Positions 49,261 through 62,300 of a DNA stretch of 64,000 nt are shown in pieces. Location: contig MEDY01000133.1 of the NCBI GenBank assembly GCA_001724265.1, positions 1-64,000 on the forward strand. The letters run 5' to 3'. The position numbers and the translations under genes were made by a program. The number at the start of each line of letters is the position of its first letter. Position 1 is the first letter of the stretch. A model generated the notes under the pieces. The model had not been told where the DNA came from. It saw only the letters and a list, made by a program, of their open reading frames with translations, and searched no databases. Origin of the DNA: Rhizaria sp. SCN 62-66 (taxonomy: Eukaryota).

Positions 49261-51060
49261 ATGTCGAAAGTCATGGCTGCTGAGCGTATTGCCGTTGGGC
49301 AATGGGTACACACGCTGGAGGCCGATCCTGCCTGGCTCGAGGTCGGTACGTCCCTCTCGAACAAACCCCATAAAACGTTCTCGACAGCCGCATTAAAAAC
49401 GTTTCTTAGCAAAACCGCGTTGCCCAGATATGAGCCCTATAGATTTTATATCTGATAGCATAGTACGTATCTTTAAAGTGCTTATATAAATGAAATAATC
49501 TTGTTTTTGTCTACTTAGAGAACCGTCCCTGGGCGAACGAAAACGCGCGTTGGACCCACTCCGGCTGCGTTGGCTACGATTTCGTTAACTTTGACCCCCG
49601 TGTCAAGATGCGTTTCTTCTGGAACGAGTCTACACAGACGTTGGCGGGCACGGTTGACTGGGACGAGACCACTGAGGGCCCTCCGAAGGGCGCGCACGGT
49701 ACGTTTGAATGTCCACACAAAACAAACTTTATATTCACCTTAATCATCTTGAATTGATCAATTTTTGGGGTATGTGGTGTATTTCTACGTGTGCGTTTGT
49801 GTATTTTTGTTTCATTATTGTATGCCCTAATTTAATCGAGATTATTTCTTGTTTGTTATTTTCATCATGTGATGCTCCTCTAGGTGCCAGTATCATGATG
49901 GTGTTCGATGAGATTCTCGCTTACCCTGTCTGGCGCTCCGGTGTTCCCGCCTTCACCGCAAACGTCAACATTAACCTCCGCAAGATGGTACGTGATCTCC
50001 GCCTCCCTTTTCTGTTGTATCACTGATCCTGGGCTTCTAGTCACATGGCTCCGTATACTGGTTTATCTCACGTCATTCCTGACTTCTTACCGGTGGCTGC
50101 GTTGTATAGGTTCCCTTCAACACTGCGGCCCGCTTTGAGTCCCGCGTTGCCCGCTCTGAGGGCCGCAAGCGCTTCTTGGAGGGCGCTATTTACTCTGCCG
50201 ACAAGAGCATTAAGGTACAAATCGTAGACTTTAACATCTTAAAGATTGCATACTGCACTTAAAATACGATATAACATCAATTGCGTGTATTTCTGCATGT
50301 ATGCAAGATATTTCTCGGAACATTGAGATATCTCGACGTCTTTTCACTTAAATATCGTCCCGTCATCACATTATCATCACTTTTTGATCACTTTTGCGCT
50401 TAGTATGCTGATGCGACTGGTCTCTGGGTCGTCTCGAACGGCATTGGTGGCTCTTTCGCAGTCTGGGGTGAATCCCTTGCTCAAGACGCCGCTCGTAACG
50501 CTTCCACCCTCACAATTGCTCCTAGTTCGAATACTGTGACGGATTCCAGCGCTAGCGCCGGTGCCGCTAGCGTCAGTTATGTGATCACTGACCCTGCTGC
50601 CCGCGCTTTGTCGCATCCTTACGCGCCCTCCGCCGCCACAGACGCCGCCCCCGGCCGCATTGCCCAGCTCACGCACGCCGAAGCCTCGGCCGCGGCCTCT
50701 GGCGTCGCGCCCACGGTCACTCAGAATGGCGGCAACAACCCCTCCGCTGGGGCCGCTGCGACTGCGAGCGGAGCGGCTTTGCCAGTGGCAGCGGATGGTG
50801 CGGGCCAGTCATACCGCCACTGGGTGTCCCCACCGCCGCCGCGCGACCGCGTTCTGCCTTTTTCCCGCGCTTCCCCGGCCGCTGAGAGCTACATCTCGGC
50901 CTACGAAGCCGCCGCGAGGGAGACGGAGCGTCTGGCGGGGCCGGCCGGGTTGTTTGGCCGGGCGGTCTATCGCCAGGCGCTGCCCCCGCCGCCGTCAGCG
51001 TTCGCGGTTGCGGGGGGCAGCGCAGGCGCGGCGGCGGACAGGCTGGTTGCGCGGCTGTAA
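49261..51060 (+). CDS. HotDog-fold acyl-CoA thioesterase (THEM4/PaaI-like), ~376 aa, 5 exons
   Basis: Exons 49261-49345, 49519-49698, 49884-49987, 50110-50214 and 50404-51060. Motifs EGPPKGAHGASIMMVFDE, FTANVNINLRKMVP, EGRK, YADATGLWV. Start is tentative; stop TAA. Confidence 0.82.
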
Positions 51061-52562
51061 GTGGCGGGATGAGCGCAGTCTTGCATGGTAAATCAGGCGT
51101 TGAGAGAGGGAAAGGAAACTCGTCGTCGTGAAGCATGGAGGGGGGTGGATTGGCGTGTTGGGCAAGAACAGAGTGGAAACGTGATGGCTGTATGGAATAA
51201 ACAGCGCACTATTGTGAATATAGAGCTGTCTCGGTGATTGGTAGTGTTGTTTAAGTTTGACATGTGAATGGGAATGGGTGGATATTCTGCGTTTAAACGG
51301 GCTAACAGGTGTTGAGCAGAGGAGCAAGTCACTCAAATAAGTAGGAATATGCACGGCAATATGATATCTGGTACTAGTACCACTTTTGTAGAAGTAATAA
51401 AAAGAACAACAGAACGCATGTCCGAGAAAGTGGGATGTTCAAGTGACACTAACGTGGACAGTGACAAGGTTTTGATTGGAGGAACGATCGTTAGTAACGC
51501 ATGCACTAAAGCGCGAAAAACGGCACCATGCTCTGATAATACGCGCAATGAACAAACAAAATTGCATATCCTGATAGAACAGACAACGATACATCTTCTG
51601 CCGGAGGTTGCAATGTTGCATGCGTCAGGTTGACAGTGTACGAGCGCAAGAAATAGCTTGCACGTAGCAGGAGCGAAGATGGCGCGAGAACGAATAATGC
51701 GTGAAACACTGCATGGATCGGCGTTCTTTGTACCTTGTGACGCATTTAAATGCGCAACACAACCGGTGGTTTCTTGCGCGCGTGAAGGATGCACGACTCT
51801 ATGATTTCGTAGTCAGGAATATCGAGAAATCTACCTGTCACCGGGAGTGCTCGCAGACGCGGCAGTTATCTTGAGCAATTTTTGCCCGGCAAATCTCAAA
51901 ACATGCGTGACTCTTCAGTGAAAGAAAGTTACAGAAAATGGTGATTCAATGCGGTGTCTGTCACAAGTGCGTCGTGAAATCTCATTTCATGTCATTTGCA
52001 GAGCGCCAAAACGAATTGAAGTCGCTCTTCCCAGTCAAGTGTCCATGTACAGTTCGTGCGATGCGGGCAATCGCCACCATCACTTTTTGTTTTCTGCTGC
52101 CACACTCGGCGGGCGATTTGGTTCCCGCCCTGATATGCGTCGTAGAGCGCGATTATATTGCTGATTGTGCAATGATTAGTAGCTGGTGTTGTCTATGGAA
52201 CAGAATTTACTGCACTTGTATCTCGTCGGTATCGGTATTCCTTGATCTTCTTGACCCAGTCCGAGAGTTGAGCTTCCTTGCCCGAGCACTTTGTTAGTTT
52301 GCCTCTACGACTTTGCCACGGCGGCAACCAACCATCATTAAGTGATGCTCATTTTCTCCCCTGTCTTTCCTATCCCCGCGCACATGCAGCACGACAAACT
52401 GCGCAAACAACCGCGCTCACCAACCCTCTCGGTGCTTCCGTCTGCCCCAGCCCCAACTTCCATCCCGACTTGCGGTGCAATCTTTCTTTTCACATTGATC
52501 TCCCACCGCGCGGGCGTGCTACCTTTTGCTTCTCACGGCTAACCCCGGCGTGTTTTAACGTC

Positions 52563-53022
52563 ATGGACCGTAAGTCCGACTCGGACGCGCTGCGCGACGC
52601 ACGCAGCCTCCCAGACTCTCGCGACTAGACTGCTCGAGAAGCTACGCTCCACACCCATCCGCCCACTGCAACTCAGCCCCCGTCGCCGTCTCCACAGCTG
52701 CAACAGTCGCAGCAACCACCACCGCGCCGTGATGCGCCGCCCGACGACCCTTCTGCCGCTGGCGCTGCCCCTGCCGCTGCTCCTGCTGCTGCTGTTGTAG
52801 CGCTTGGCGGTGATCCTGGCTCTACTGGCAGTGCAGCTCCGGTGGGAAAGCAAGCCGTCACGACAACAACTACGGTGACGGCGACTACGCCTGCACTGGT
52901 GGTGGCGGCCGCGGCGCCTGTCGCAGCAGCATCCGCCCCTGTTTCTGCAGTTGCTGCGCACGCTCCCATCGCTCACGCTCCCGTCGCGGCTGTTGATGCT
53001 GCTGCTGCTGCTGATGCTGCTG

Positions 53023-53083
<61 letters not shown>

Positions 53084-53338
53084 GGGGACTGCATCGGCGA
53101 CGTCGAGCCTCGACGTAAGCGCGGCTGCGTCAGCTGCTGCGACTCCGGCCGCCGTCGCCGCCACCACTGCCGCCGACTTCGCCGCCACGACTGACAGTGG
53201 CGCCGACAGCGCGCGCGCGAGCGGCGCACCGAGTATGCGCGCCAACAACACGGCCGCGACCGCTGCGGACCCGGCTGTGGCGACGACGACGGCTAGCCCC
53301 GGTTCTGCTGCTGCGAACGTCCACAACAGCAATTACCA

Positions 53339-53370
<32 letters not shown>

Positions 53371-56300
53371 CGTCGCAGCGTGTGGGGGCGGCTGTCCGTT
53401 CCCACAGCGCATCAGCAAGCGCTCCGACCACCGCAGCAACAGTCGCTGTATCAGCAGCAACAGCAACAGCAACAGCAGCCGCGAGCAACATGAGTGTGAA
53501 TCATGCGCACATGACCAAAGCGTCTGTGCTGACTCCTGTGTCCGCGCCTGCGCCTGCGCCTGTGGGCACTTTGAGTGACCCTACGGCGGAGGCAACGATG
53601 GCTAAGGCTCAAGCGAAGGGGCAGAGTGACGGTGTGATGACACCGCAACAGCAGGATCTTATCAACCAACGGCACCACAACTACATCTACTAGTACGTCA
53701 GCGTCTCTTAAATAGCGTTCTTATGTCACAATAATATTTTAAGGGCTCTTTAGGCGAATGCAGGTTGCATTTTCTTTAGTAGGCGCGAAAGCACGTGCAC
53801 TCGAAACCACACTTTTAGAACGTGTCTTCGATATCAATCGATTATGTTGATGTATTCTTGTGTTAGTGTATGATTATCTAACAACATTTGACTTCACGTT
53901 GATATTTTTTCATATATTTAGCTTTCGCACCCGTCTGTGCCCTGCTGCCTCTGCGGCCGCCGCTGCCGCCGCTGGCTCTGGCTCCAACTCTGTTGCCGAC
54001 GTCATCGGTTGCCCCTTGGACCGTAACGAGTGCTCTGACGCTCATACGGTCTACCACTTACGCAGGCAACCCTTGCTCGTACGTCGTCACCGATTCGATT
54101 CTAAGTGCTTCACTAGTCAGCAGCTAAGTGAACCTCGACTTGTGACTCCACTTAAGTTTGACAATCACGTTCTCATCTTTCTGAATTAATTTCTTTGTTT
54201 TTGTGTTTATTAATTGCAGGACTTGCGGTACGGCCAGTACCCGCACCCCTTGGGCCCCGCCGCCCCGCTGTGGTCTTACAGCGCCGTGCCCTGCCTCTTC
54301 TTCTCTCTCACCGACTGCCCTTTTGGCGCCCACTGCCCGTTTTCACATCGGGCACAGCTGGAGTCGGCGTATCACCCCAGCGTGTTCAAGTCGCAGATGT
54401 GTTCCGCGCCCTTAGACCCGCTAAGCACCCCCTTAGAAGGTCTAAGTACTGGGCACGGTGATGCTGATACCAGCAACTGCGGGCTTTTCTGGTGCGCTGC
54501 CTATGGTAAGCATTGCTCCAAGGCCCACAGTCCGGCTGAGCTCCGTTTCCCTCCCAACACCACCACGGGTACCCCCGCTGGTACTGGCACTGAGCCCGCC
54601 GCGGGTTCCAGCGGCAGCGGCAGCGTAAGTGCTTCCTCTGCGACTGTTGCTGCCGCCGCCGCCGCTGGCACTGCTCCCCAGGGCCACTCTGACTGTCTCC
54701 CTGACCCTCCCCAACACCGGACACTGCTGCAAGCCGTGCGTGAAGTCCTCTTCCGCCGTCTGTTGACCGACAGTGACCGTGCTGCCGTGAAGCGGTTCGG
54801 ACATCTCAGAGGCCGTGGCGAGTGGGCGAACGTGCGCCGGGCGCCGGAGCTGGCGGATATCTACACAGCTGCACTTGCCACCCTCAATCTCAACAGTAAT
54901 AACAACAACAATAGCAACAACAACAGCAACAACAACAGCAACACCAACGCTAGCTTGATTCCTACTGCAACGATCCCTAGTAGTCACACCCTGGGGGGTG
55001 TTTCGAGCAGCAACAGTTACCAGCAACAGCATCAGTACCAGCAGCAGCAACTGCAACAGCAGCAACAACAACAGCAACAGCAGCAGCACAACATCAGCGG
55101 ATCCTTGCAAAACGCGAGCGGGTTAACTTCGAGCTTCGCGACAATGGATGCAAACAGCAGTCGCGCGAGTAGTCGTCCTGACTCGCGTCTAAGTGCGCAC
55201 AGTCACCAGCACTTACCCTACCACGTCCAGCAGCAGCAGCAGCAACAGCAGCAACAGGCTGCCGGCAACGCTGCTGTTGCGGCTGCGGCTGCTCACGGTC
55301 ACCCTGCGAGTGCTTCTGGCGGCTTCGGTCAGCATATGCTGCACAAGGTGCCGTCTTTCGGCTCCCACAGCCACATTCACAGTCATACTGCGTCCCCTGC
55401 GCACGGTCACAGCCATGCGCACAGTCACCCTGCCCACGGTCAGTACGCACCGCCTCTGGGCGCTGACAACGTGGCCGCTGCTGCTGCGTATCAGCAGCAG
55501 CAACAGCAGCAGCAGCAGTACCAGCCGCATTATTACCTGCCGCCGCCTTCTTCGCAACAGCAACAACAACAGCAGCAGCATCCTCAGCAGCAACAACCGC
55601 CGTCTCAGCCACCGGCGCAGTTGCAGCGCCATCAACCGCTGCAGTTACACCGGCGTACCCACAGTCACTCGTCCACGAGCACCAACGCGAGCACTTCATC
55701 AGGCGCCCACGGTCACGCTCACGGTCACCCTGCTGCCCACGGTCTCGGTCATCCGACTGCTCACGGCCACGGCCACCCAGGTGGGTATCTGTACCCGCAT
55801 CCTTCCGCTGGCTCTGCACACGGCCACCCTGCTGCTCACGGTCACCCGGCGGCTGCCCACGGTCACCCGACTGCGTACGGCCACTCCTCTGTGCCTCAGA
55901 GTGCGAGTGGTCCCACTGGTGGTCGTTTGCGGTCTGCGGCAGCGTCCGCGGCCGACTCCCGCTCTCTCGTGCACCTCATGAGTACTGCGACACACGTGGC
56001 CAGCGCGCACGCCGATGCTGACGGACCAGACGCAGATGCTGCGGACGTTCCAGACGCCGGCGCTGAAGCCTCCGCTGCCGCTGCCGCGGCCGCTGCTGGT
56101 GCTGGTGCAGTTGCGCCAGAGAATCCTCCAACACCCGCCACTGCGACGATCATTGTCACTGGTGCGGACCACGAGTACGCTCACGGTCACCCGGGTACTT
56201 CTGCTGCTCACGGTCAACATGGTACTCACGGTGCCCACGGTCAGCCGCCGAGTGCCGCGGATGCGTACAGTGCGATGCTAGCTGCGTCTAAGGGTGGCGC

Positions 56301-59300
56301 CACGGCGGGTACTTACACGGAAGTAAGTGGGGCCCAGGTGGCGCCGGTGTACTTACACCATGCTAGCGGGTACTTACAGCACCCTCAGCAGCAACATCAG
56401 CAGCAGCAGCAGCAGCAGCATCAGCATCACTTGCAAGAGTATCCGTACAATGCAAGTCACAAGGGCAGTCACATTACACCCAACAGCAATCCTGACTCCA
56501 TTGCGTTCGTGGCTCCTGCTCCTGGCTCTGGCTCCGCTGCTGCTAGTTCTGGCTCTGGTTCTGCGACGTCCTCGGCGAACGCCGGCGCTCTCAGCGGCGG
56601 CAACGGCCACCATCGGCGCCACAACTCTGCCGCGTTTGCATTCCATAACAGCGGCGCGAACAGCTCTAACTCGAGCGCGAATTCGAGCATGTACGTGAAC
56701 AACGCGAGCTCGAGCGGCGCAGTTGTCGCCGCCGCTGTTGCTGCAGCAGCGCAAAGCCGCTTCATTAGCCATAGCCGCAGCCACAGCCAGAGCCAGAGCC
56801 AGGGCCAGCCGTTTGCTGGCATGGGTACTCATGGCGCTTACGGTCACTTGTCTGCGCACGGTCACTTGCAACTCTCGCGCGGGCATACGCCGAATCTGAA
56901 CAGCAGCAGTCTAAGTACCCCCTTAACCACTGCTGCGACAGCGCCCTTAGACGACATTGAGCTTCGGAGTATGTCGATCGCAACTCTGCTCGCCAACGCG
57001 CGCCACCATCTAAGTAGCACTCCACAGGGGACACACACGAGCCCTGCGGCGACGGGGGCGAATGGTGCTGCGACGACCACTGTCAGTGTCAGTGTGCAGA
57101 GTAGCGGTGGCGCGGTCATGACGATGGGCTGCAACCGGAACAACTGCTCGTGCTGTAGCGATGTTCCACTCTCTTCTGAGTCAGCAGTGCCTCAGCCGAC
57201 AACTGCGACGACTGCGACAACGTCGACTGTTTCTGTGCCTGCTCTTGTGCCTGACAACAGGAACAAGACTACGATGGCGAATAACGCCAACAACAACGAT
57301 ATTAAGAACGCCAACATCACCACGATTACTACCACGGCCGCAACCAACGCCACGGATGATACCGGCGCTGCGGTTGCCGTTGGCAACAACAATAACAACA
57401 CTAGCAACAACAACACGGCCCCTCGCATTGCTTCTGACGCTGTGATTGCTTACAAGACTGAGACTAAGCCTGAGATTACCACGACTAAGGCTGATACGAC
57501 TGAGACTGTAACTGTACCTGAGCCTCCTACGAACGACAACGAGATTGAGGCTCTGATTGATACTTCAGCGACTGAGACCAATCCGATGATTAAGACGGAT
57601 TCTGATTATGTCTCAGCTTCCGCCTCTGTGTCGGCTCCCGCGACTTTAACTGCAACTGCAACTGTTCCTGTGTCCGTGACCGTGCATGTGCCTGTGACCA
57701 CACCTGTTGCTGCTGACGGCAACGTAGCTGATCCTATTGATGACCCTGTCTGTACCTGCAACTCTATCGACAGCACGAACGCTGCTGCCGCTAACGTCGG
57801 CACTGCTGACTCGGGTGTTTTCAACGACAACAACACCATCAAGACTGAGTCGACGACTGTTCCTGAGGCTGAGACTGCAGTTGCCGCTGCAACCAAGCCT
57901 TCCGAGGCTGAGGCTGAGACTGCGATCGAGACTGCAACTGCAACTAAGACTACTAAGGCGGAGACTGCTGTTCCTCAAACGACGGACAAATGCAGTTTAG
58001 TCGTCGAGACTACTACTGACCCCGACCTAAGTACCCCTGTGGCGGCCGCCACGAACAGTCAAAGTACCTCGTGCGCCAACTCTAAGTGCATCCTGCGCCG
58101 TTTGCAGGATTGGCAGTCCCGTGAGGCGCCTGTCCACTTGGAGGTGATGCTCCACTACCAAACACGCGTGTGCAAGGGGTATTTAGACGGCGGCTCCTGC
58201 CCCTTACCGGCGTCTGAGTGTTTCGACACGCACGGCCCCGTCCCCTTACGCAGGGTTCCACGTATAAGTGCTTCAGGTAAGTACAACTACTACCCCGTCC
58301 GCTGTCGTCCACACAGGACGGCGCTGCTTGCTCTCACGCTTGCCAACAACAAGAACTCCGCCTCAGCCAACGCCAGCGCTAACTCAAACGCCACCGCCAA
58401 TGCTCACAATGCAAGTGCGAACGTACATAGTGTCGATGCGGGGAACAGTTTCGGCGACAGCCATAGTAACTACCACCAGCAGCACAGCATCAGCGACTCG
58501 GTCGTCAGTGGTCACAGCACAGCCACACTGTACGCGGCGAGTAACAACATCAGCGCTGTGTCGGCCGCGGCGGCGTTACTCAAGAACGTCAACGGCTGCG
58601 GCGGCGCCGACTGCACGCACGCGCACAGTGGCGAAGAAGTCGTCTACCACCCGTCTAAGTACAAGACGCAGCTCTGCTCTAAGTACCCCCTTACCGTCGG
58701 CGCGGGGCCTAAGTACCTCCTGAGCACTTCTGATCACACCGCGGCTGAAATGTCGACCGCGAATGTAAGTGCCGAACATCTGAGTACCACGGACCACCAC
58801 GCGAGCAATGTCCACAATCCTAACAGCACTATCATTGGCAGCGCGGAGGTGACTCCCGTTGCCGGTGTTCACAGTTCTAGTCCCAGCGCTAGCCTCACTG
58901 CTGCCGAGATTGTCATGGGCGCTAGCGCTGACTCTGCCGTTGGCTCCGGTTCATCTAGCTCCAGCTCCAGTTCTAGCTCTGGCTCTGGCGCTGCTGCTGC
59001 CCCAGGCGCGGACGCTGACGCGGGCGCGGGCGCTGGTATCAACTCTGGTACTGGTGTCGGGTCTGGATGTGAGCGTTTTGGTGGCTTTTGCGCCCGCGCC
59101 CACAGCCAATCCGACCTCCGCTCCCCCGTGCTCGACTTGACTCTGCTCGCCAAGGCCGCTGCGAGCGCGCTCAACGCCGCCAGCGTCGCGACAACGGCCG
59201 CGACGGCGACGGCGGCGGGATGCGGGAGTCCAGCCAACAGCATCAAGACCACGCGCAGTGCCACCGCGAAATCGGGCAAGAAGCAGCAGGATAAGCAGCA

Positions 59301-62300
59301 CCCTGGTGCGACGACCGGTGGTGGCGGCCGCAGCAACGCGTCGGATACGCATATCAACAACGTTCTCGGTGAGATCACTGCGAGTGACCGTGCGAGTGTG
59401 CCGAAACAGTGGCATGAGGCGCATTGGTGGTCCTTTGTGTGTCCGCCGTCGCAGCGGGAGCAGGAGCAGCATTACTACATGTTTCACTATAAGACACGTC
59501 CCTGTGCTGCGTTTAAGCCGCCTTCCATCCAAAACAACGCCAACGCTGCTGCTGGTAGCACTGACAATAACGACAGCGCTATTGCTACTGCAACTGAACG
59601 CGAGCAGCAGCAACAGCAGCAGCTGCCGCCGCAGCAGCAGTGTTACTGCTATGGCTTCGGCTACCACCGCGACGAGGAACGCCGCCGTCCTCCTTTCCCC
59701 CACGCCACTCCCATCCCGTGCCCCAAAGTCAAGCCACCTGTCGCCCACGGCGCCGCGGCCGCGCAGGCCGGCGGCGGCGGTCCTCAGGTCGGTGGCCAGT
59801 CAGTGTGGGGAGCACCTGGGTTCAGCCCCGTTGACGGCACGTGCCACCACGGAGTGAGCGGTGCGGGTAGTCTGAGCGGTGTCATCACGAGCAGTGCGAG
59901 TGGTGCTGTGTTGCACTCGATTGCGCCTGTTGCTCCCCCTTCTGCTGCTGCTGCTGCTGCTGATGCTGATGACCAAAAGCGTCCGGACGCTGTGGCTGCG
60001 GACATTGAGACTTCTGCTCCTGCTGCTTCTGCTGCTGTCCCTCCGGCGACCACGAATCAGATACAGAGCCAGTGTGCATTGGCGCACACGTTCTTGGAAG
60101 TCATGTACCACCCGTCGCTGTACAAGACGACTCTGTGCTCTTTCTTCGACGCGACGAACCCTGCCCGCGCACAGTGCGTGTGGCGTCGCCGCTGTGCGCA
60201 CGCGCACGGCTACGGCGAGCTAAGGGGCAAGGAGGCGGCTAAGGGGGAGTGGGCTGCGTGGGTAAGCGCGAGTCTAAGTAGCCACGGTCACACTGGGAGC
60301 GTTTCCGGTGTGAAGAAGAGCGTGGATGTCACCACGGGTACCACGGGTTCTGCCGCAGCCGCCACCGCTGCTTTAGAACCGGTGATGGTGCCTTCTCCAG
60401 CTGATGCCACCAACGCCAACTCCTCTGACTCGGTGGCTGTGACCACCCCGACCGCGCCTTCCGACGCCGCCGTCGCGCCCACCGCTGCCAAGAGCACGAT
60501 CCTCGCTGCGCCGCCGTCGCCCGCCCTCTCCAGCCGCACCGGTCTGCAAGCACAACAGCAGCTGTCGAGTGCGGCAACGTCGGGCGACGCGGCGGCTGCG
60601 GCGATGGCGATGCCCCGGTCGCCGCCGCAGAGCACGAGTAGGCCGCCGACCAGTTCGACCGCGTTTGTGCCCAAGGGCGGCGGTGGCAGCGGCAGCAGCT
60701 CTGCAGGCGCTGCAGCTTCGGGTGCTGCAAGTTTAAGTGCTTCCCGCCACCAGTCGTCTAAGGGTCACGCCGTGCCGAAGGGCGGTGTGCCACCTGCACT
60801 GCAGATCAACTCGCCCAACAAGTCGCCCTCGAACCTGCACTTACACTCGCATCTGCAGCAGCCCCAGGGCCAGCAGTCGCATGGGCAGGGGCAGGGGCAG
60901 GGACAGGGACAGGGGCAGGGACAGGGACAGGGGCCGCCGCCGCCGCTGTCGACGCGTACCGTGGGGTACTTCGCGTGGGGATTGACTCATGGCAGTCAGC
61001 TGCCCCAGTCACAACCGCAGCCTCCGCAGCAGCACCATGTCGCTCAGGGGCACTTACAGCAGGGGCACCTACAGCAGGGGCACTCCCAGCAAGGGCTCTT
61101 ACATGCGCCGAGTCAGAGTCACCTCCACTTACACGCGCAACCACAGCAACAACAGCCGCGGGCGCAGCAGCCGCAGCAGTATGTGCATTCTAGCGCTCCT
61201 GTCCCTGCCCCTGGTCACGGTCACGCTGCTCCCCACGGTCACCCTCACGCTCACGCTCTCGGTCACGGCCAAGGCCCCAGCCATGGTTATCATCCGAGTG
61301 ACCCTGCTGCCGCCGCCGCCGCTGCTGCTGCCGCCGCTGCTGCTGCTGCTGCGGGCGGCGGCACCGTCTACGCCCACGGTAACCCGCACGGCCACCCTCC
61401 CCATATTGGAGATCCGGGGGTTGTCGGCGGGACCTACATCGCTCCTGGCGGCGCTACTTACATCGCCCCCGGCGGTGCTACTTACATCGCCACGCAGCCT
61501 GGCCAGCCGCCGCACCACGTCCAGCACGTGTACTTCTCGCACCCGCCTGCTCACGGTCAGTACTTACACTACCCCCCCGAGCACTTACACCCGGCTCACC
61601 CAACCTCCGCACACCCACACCCACATACGCTTCAACATCACCCCTCTCATCAGCAGCAGCATCCGCATCAGCAGTACGCAGCGCCCTTGGCAGCCGCCGG
61701 TGTGTCGTCCAGCAGCGATAGCGGAGCGACGACCCCTGTGCCAGTGATGCAAATGCCGGTGATGGCGTACGGCGTGCCGTATCCTGCTGGAGCCCCGCCG
61801 GTGTCTGTGGTGTCGCACGGTCACGGTCACTATGTGCCAGCGCACGCCCACAGTCTCGCTCACGGTCACCCTGCTGCAGCCTTGACGGCGGCCGCCCACG
61901 GCCAGCCTGTCATGTTAGCGCATCCGCCGTCGCAGCCTCAGCAGCAGCAGCAGCAGCAGCCGCAGCAGCAGCCGGAGTATCTGCACTTGCCACATCAAGT
62001 CGTGCTGAACCACCAGCAACTGCAGCACTTGCAAGCGCAACAGCATCAACAGCACGCGCAACAGCAACAGCAACAGCAGCAGCAGCCTCAGCCTCAGCCT
62101 CAGCCTCAGCCTCAACAGCAGCATCAGCGGTATCCGCAAGGACAGCAGCAGCAGCAGCAGCCGCCGGGGGGTCAAAGCGGCAAGAAGCAAGGCGGCGGCC
62201 GTGCCGGCGGACAGCTGGCAGGCAGCGCTAGCCTCAACACCAGCAGCGCCACTATGCGCTCTCTGCCACCGGCCCCGTCGGCCGCAGCGCCGCCGATTTC

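Noticed and set aside
51061-52560. Several 60-150 aa ORFs in the long intergenic region
   Set aside because: No domain similarity and atypical composition; likely non-coding or UTR.
53691-53693. Apparent in-frame TAG after HHNYIY
   Set aside because: It spans an exon-intron junction (TA|GTACGT). Splicing to 53922 gives TAC (Tyr) and restores YYFRTRLC, so it is not counted as a recoded codon.
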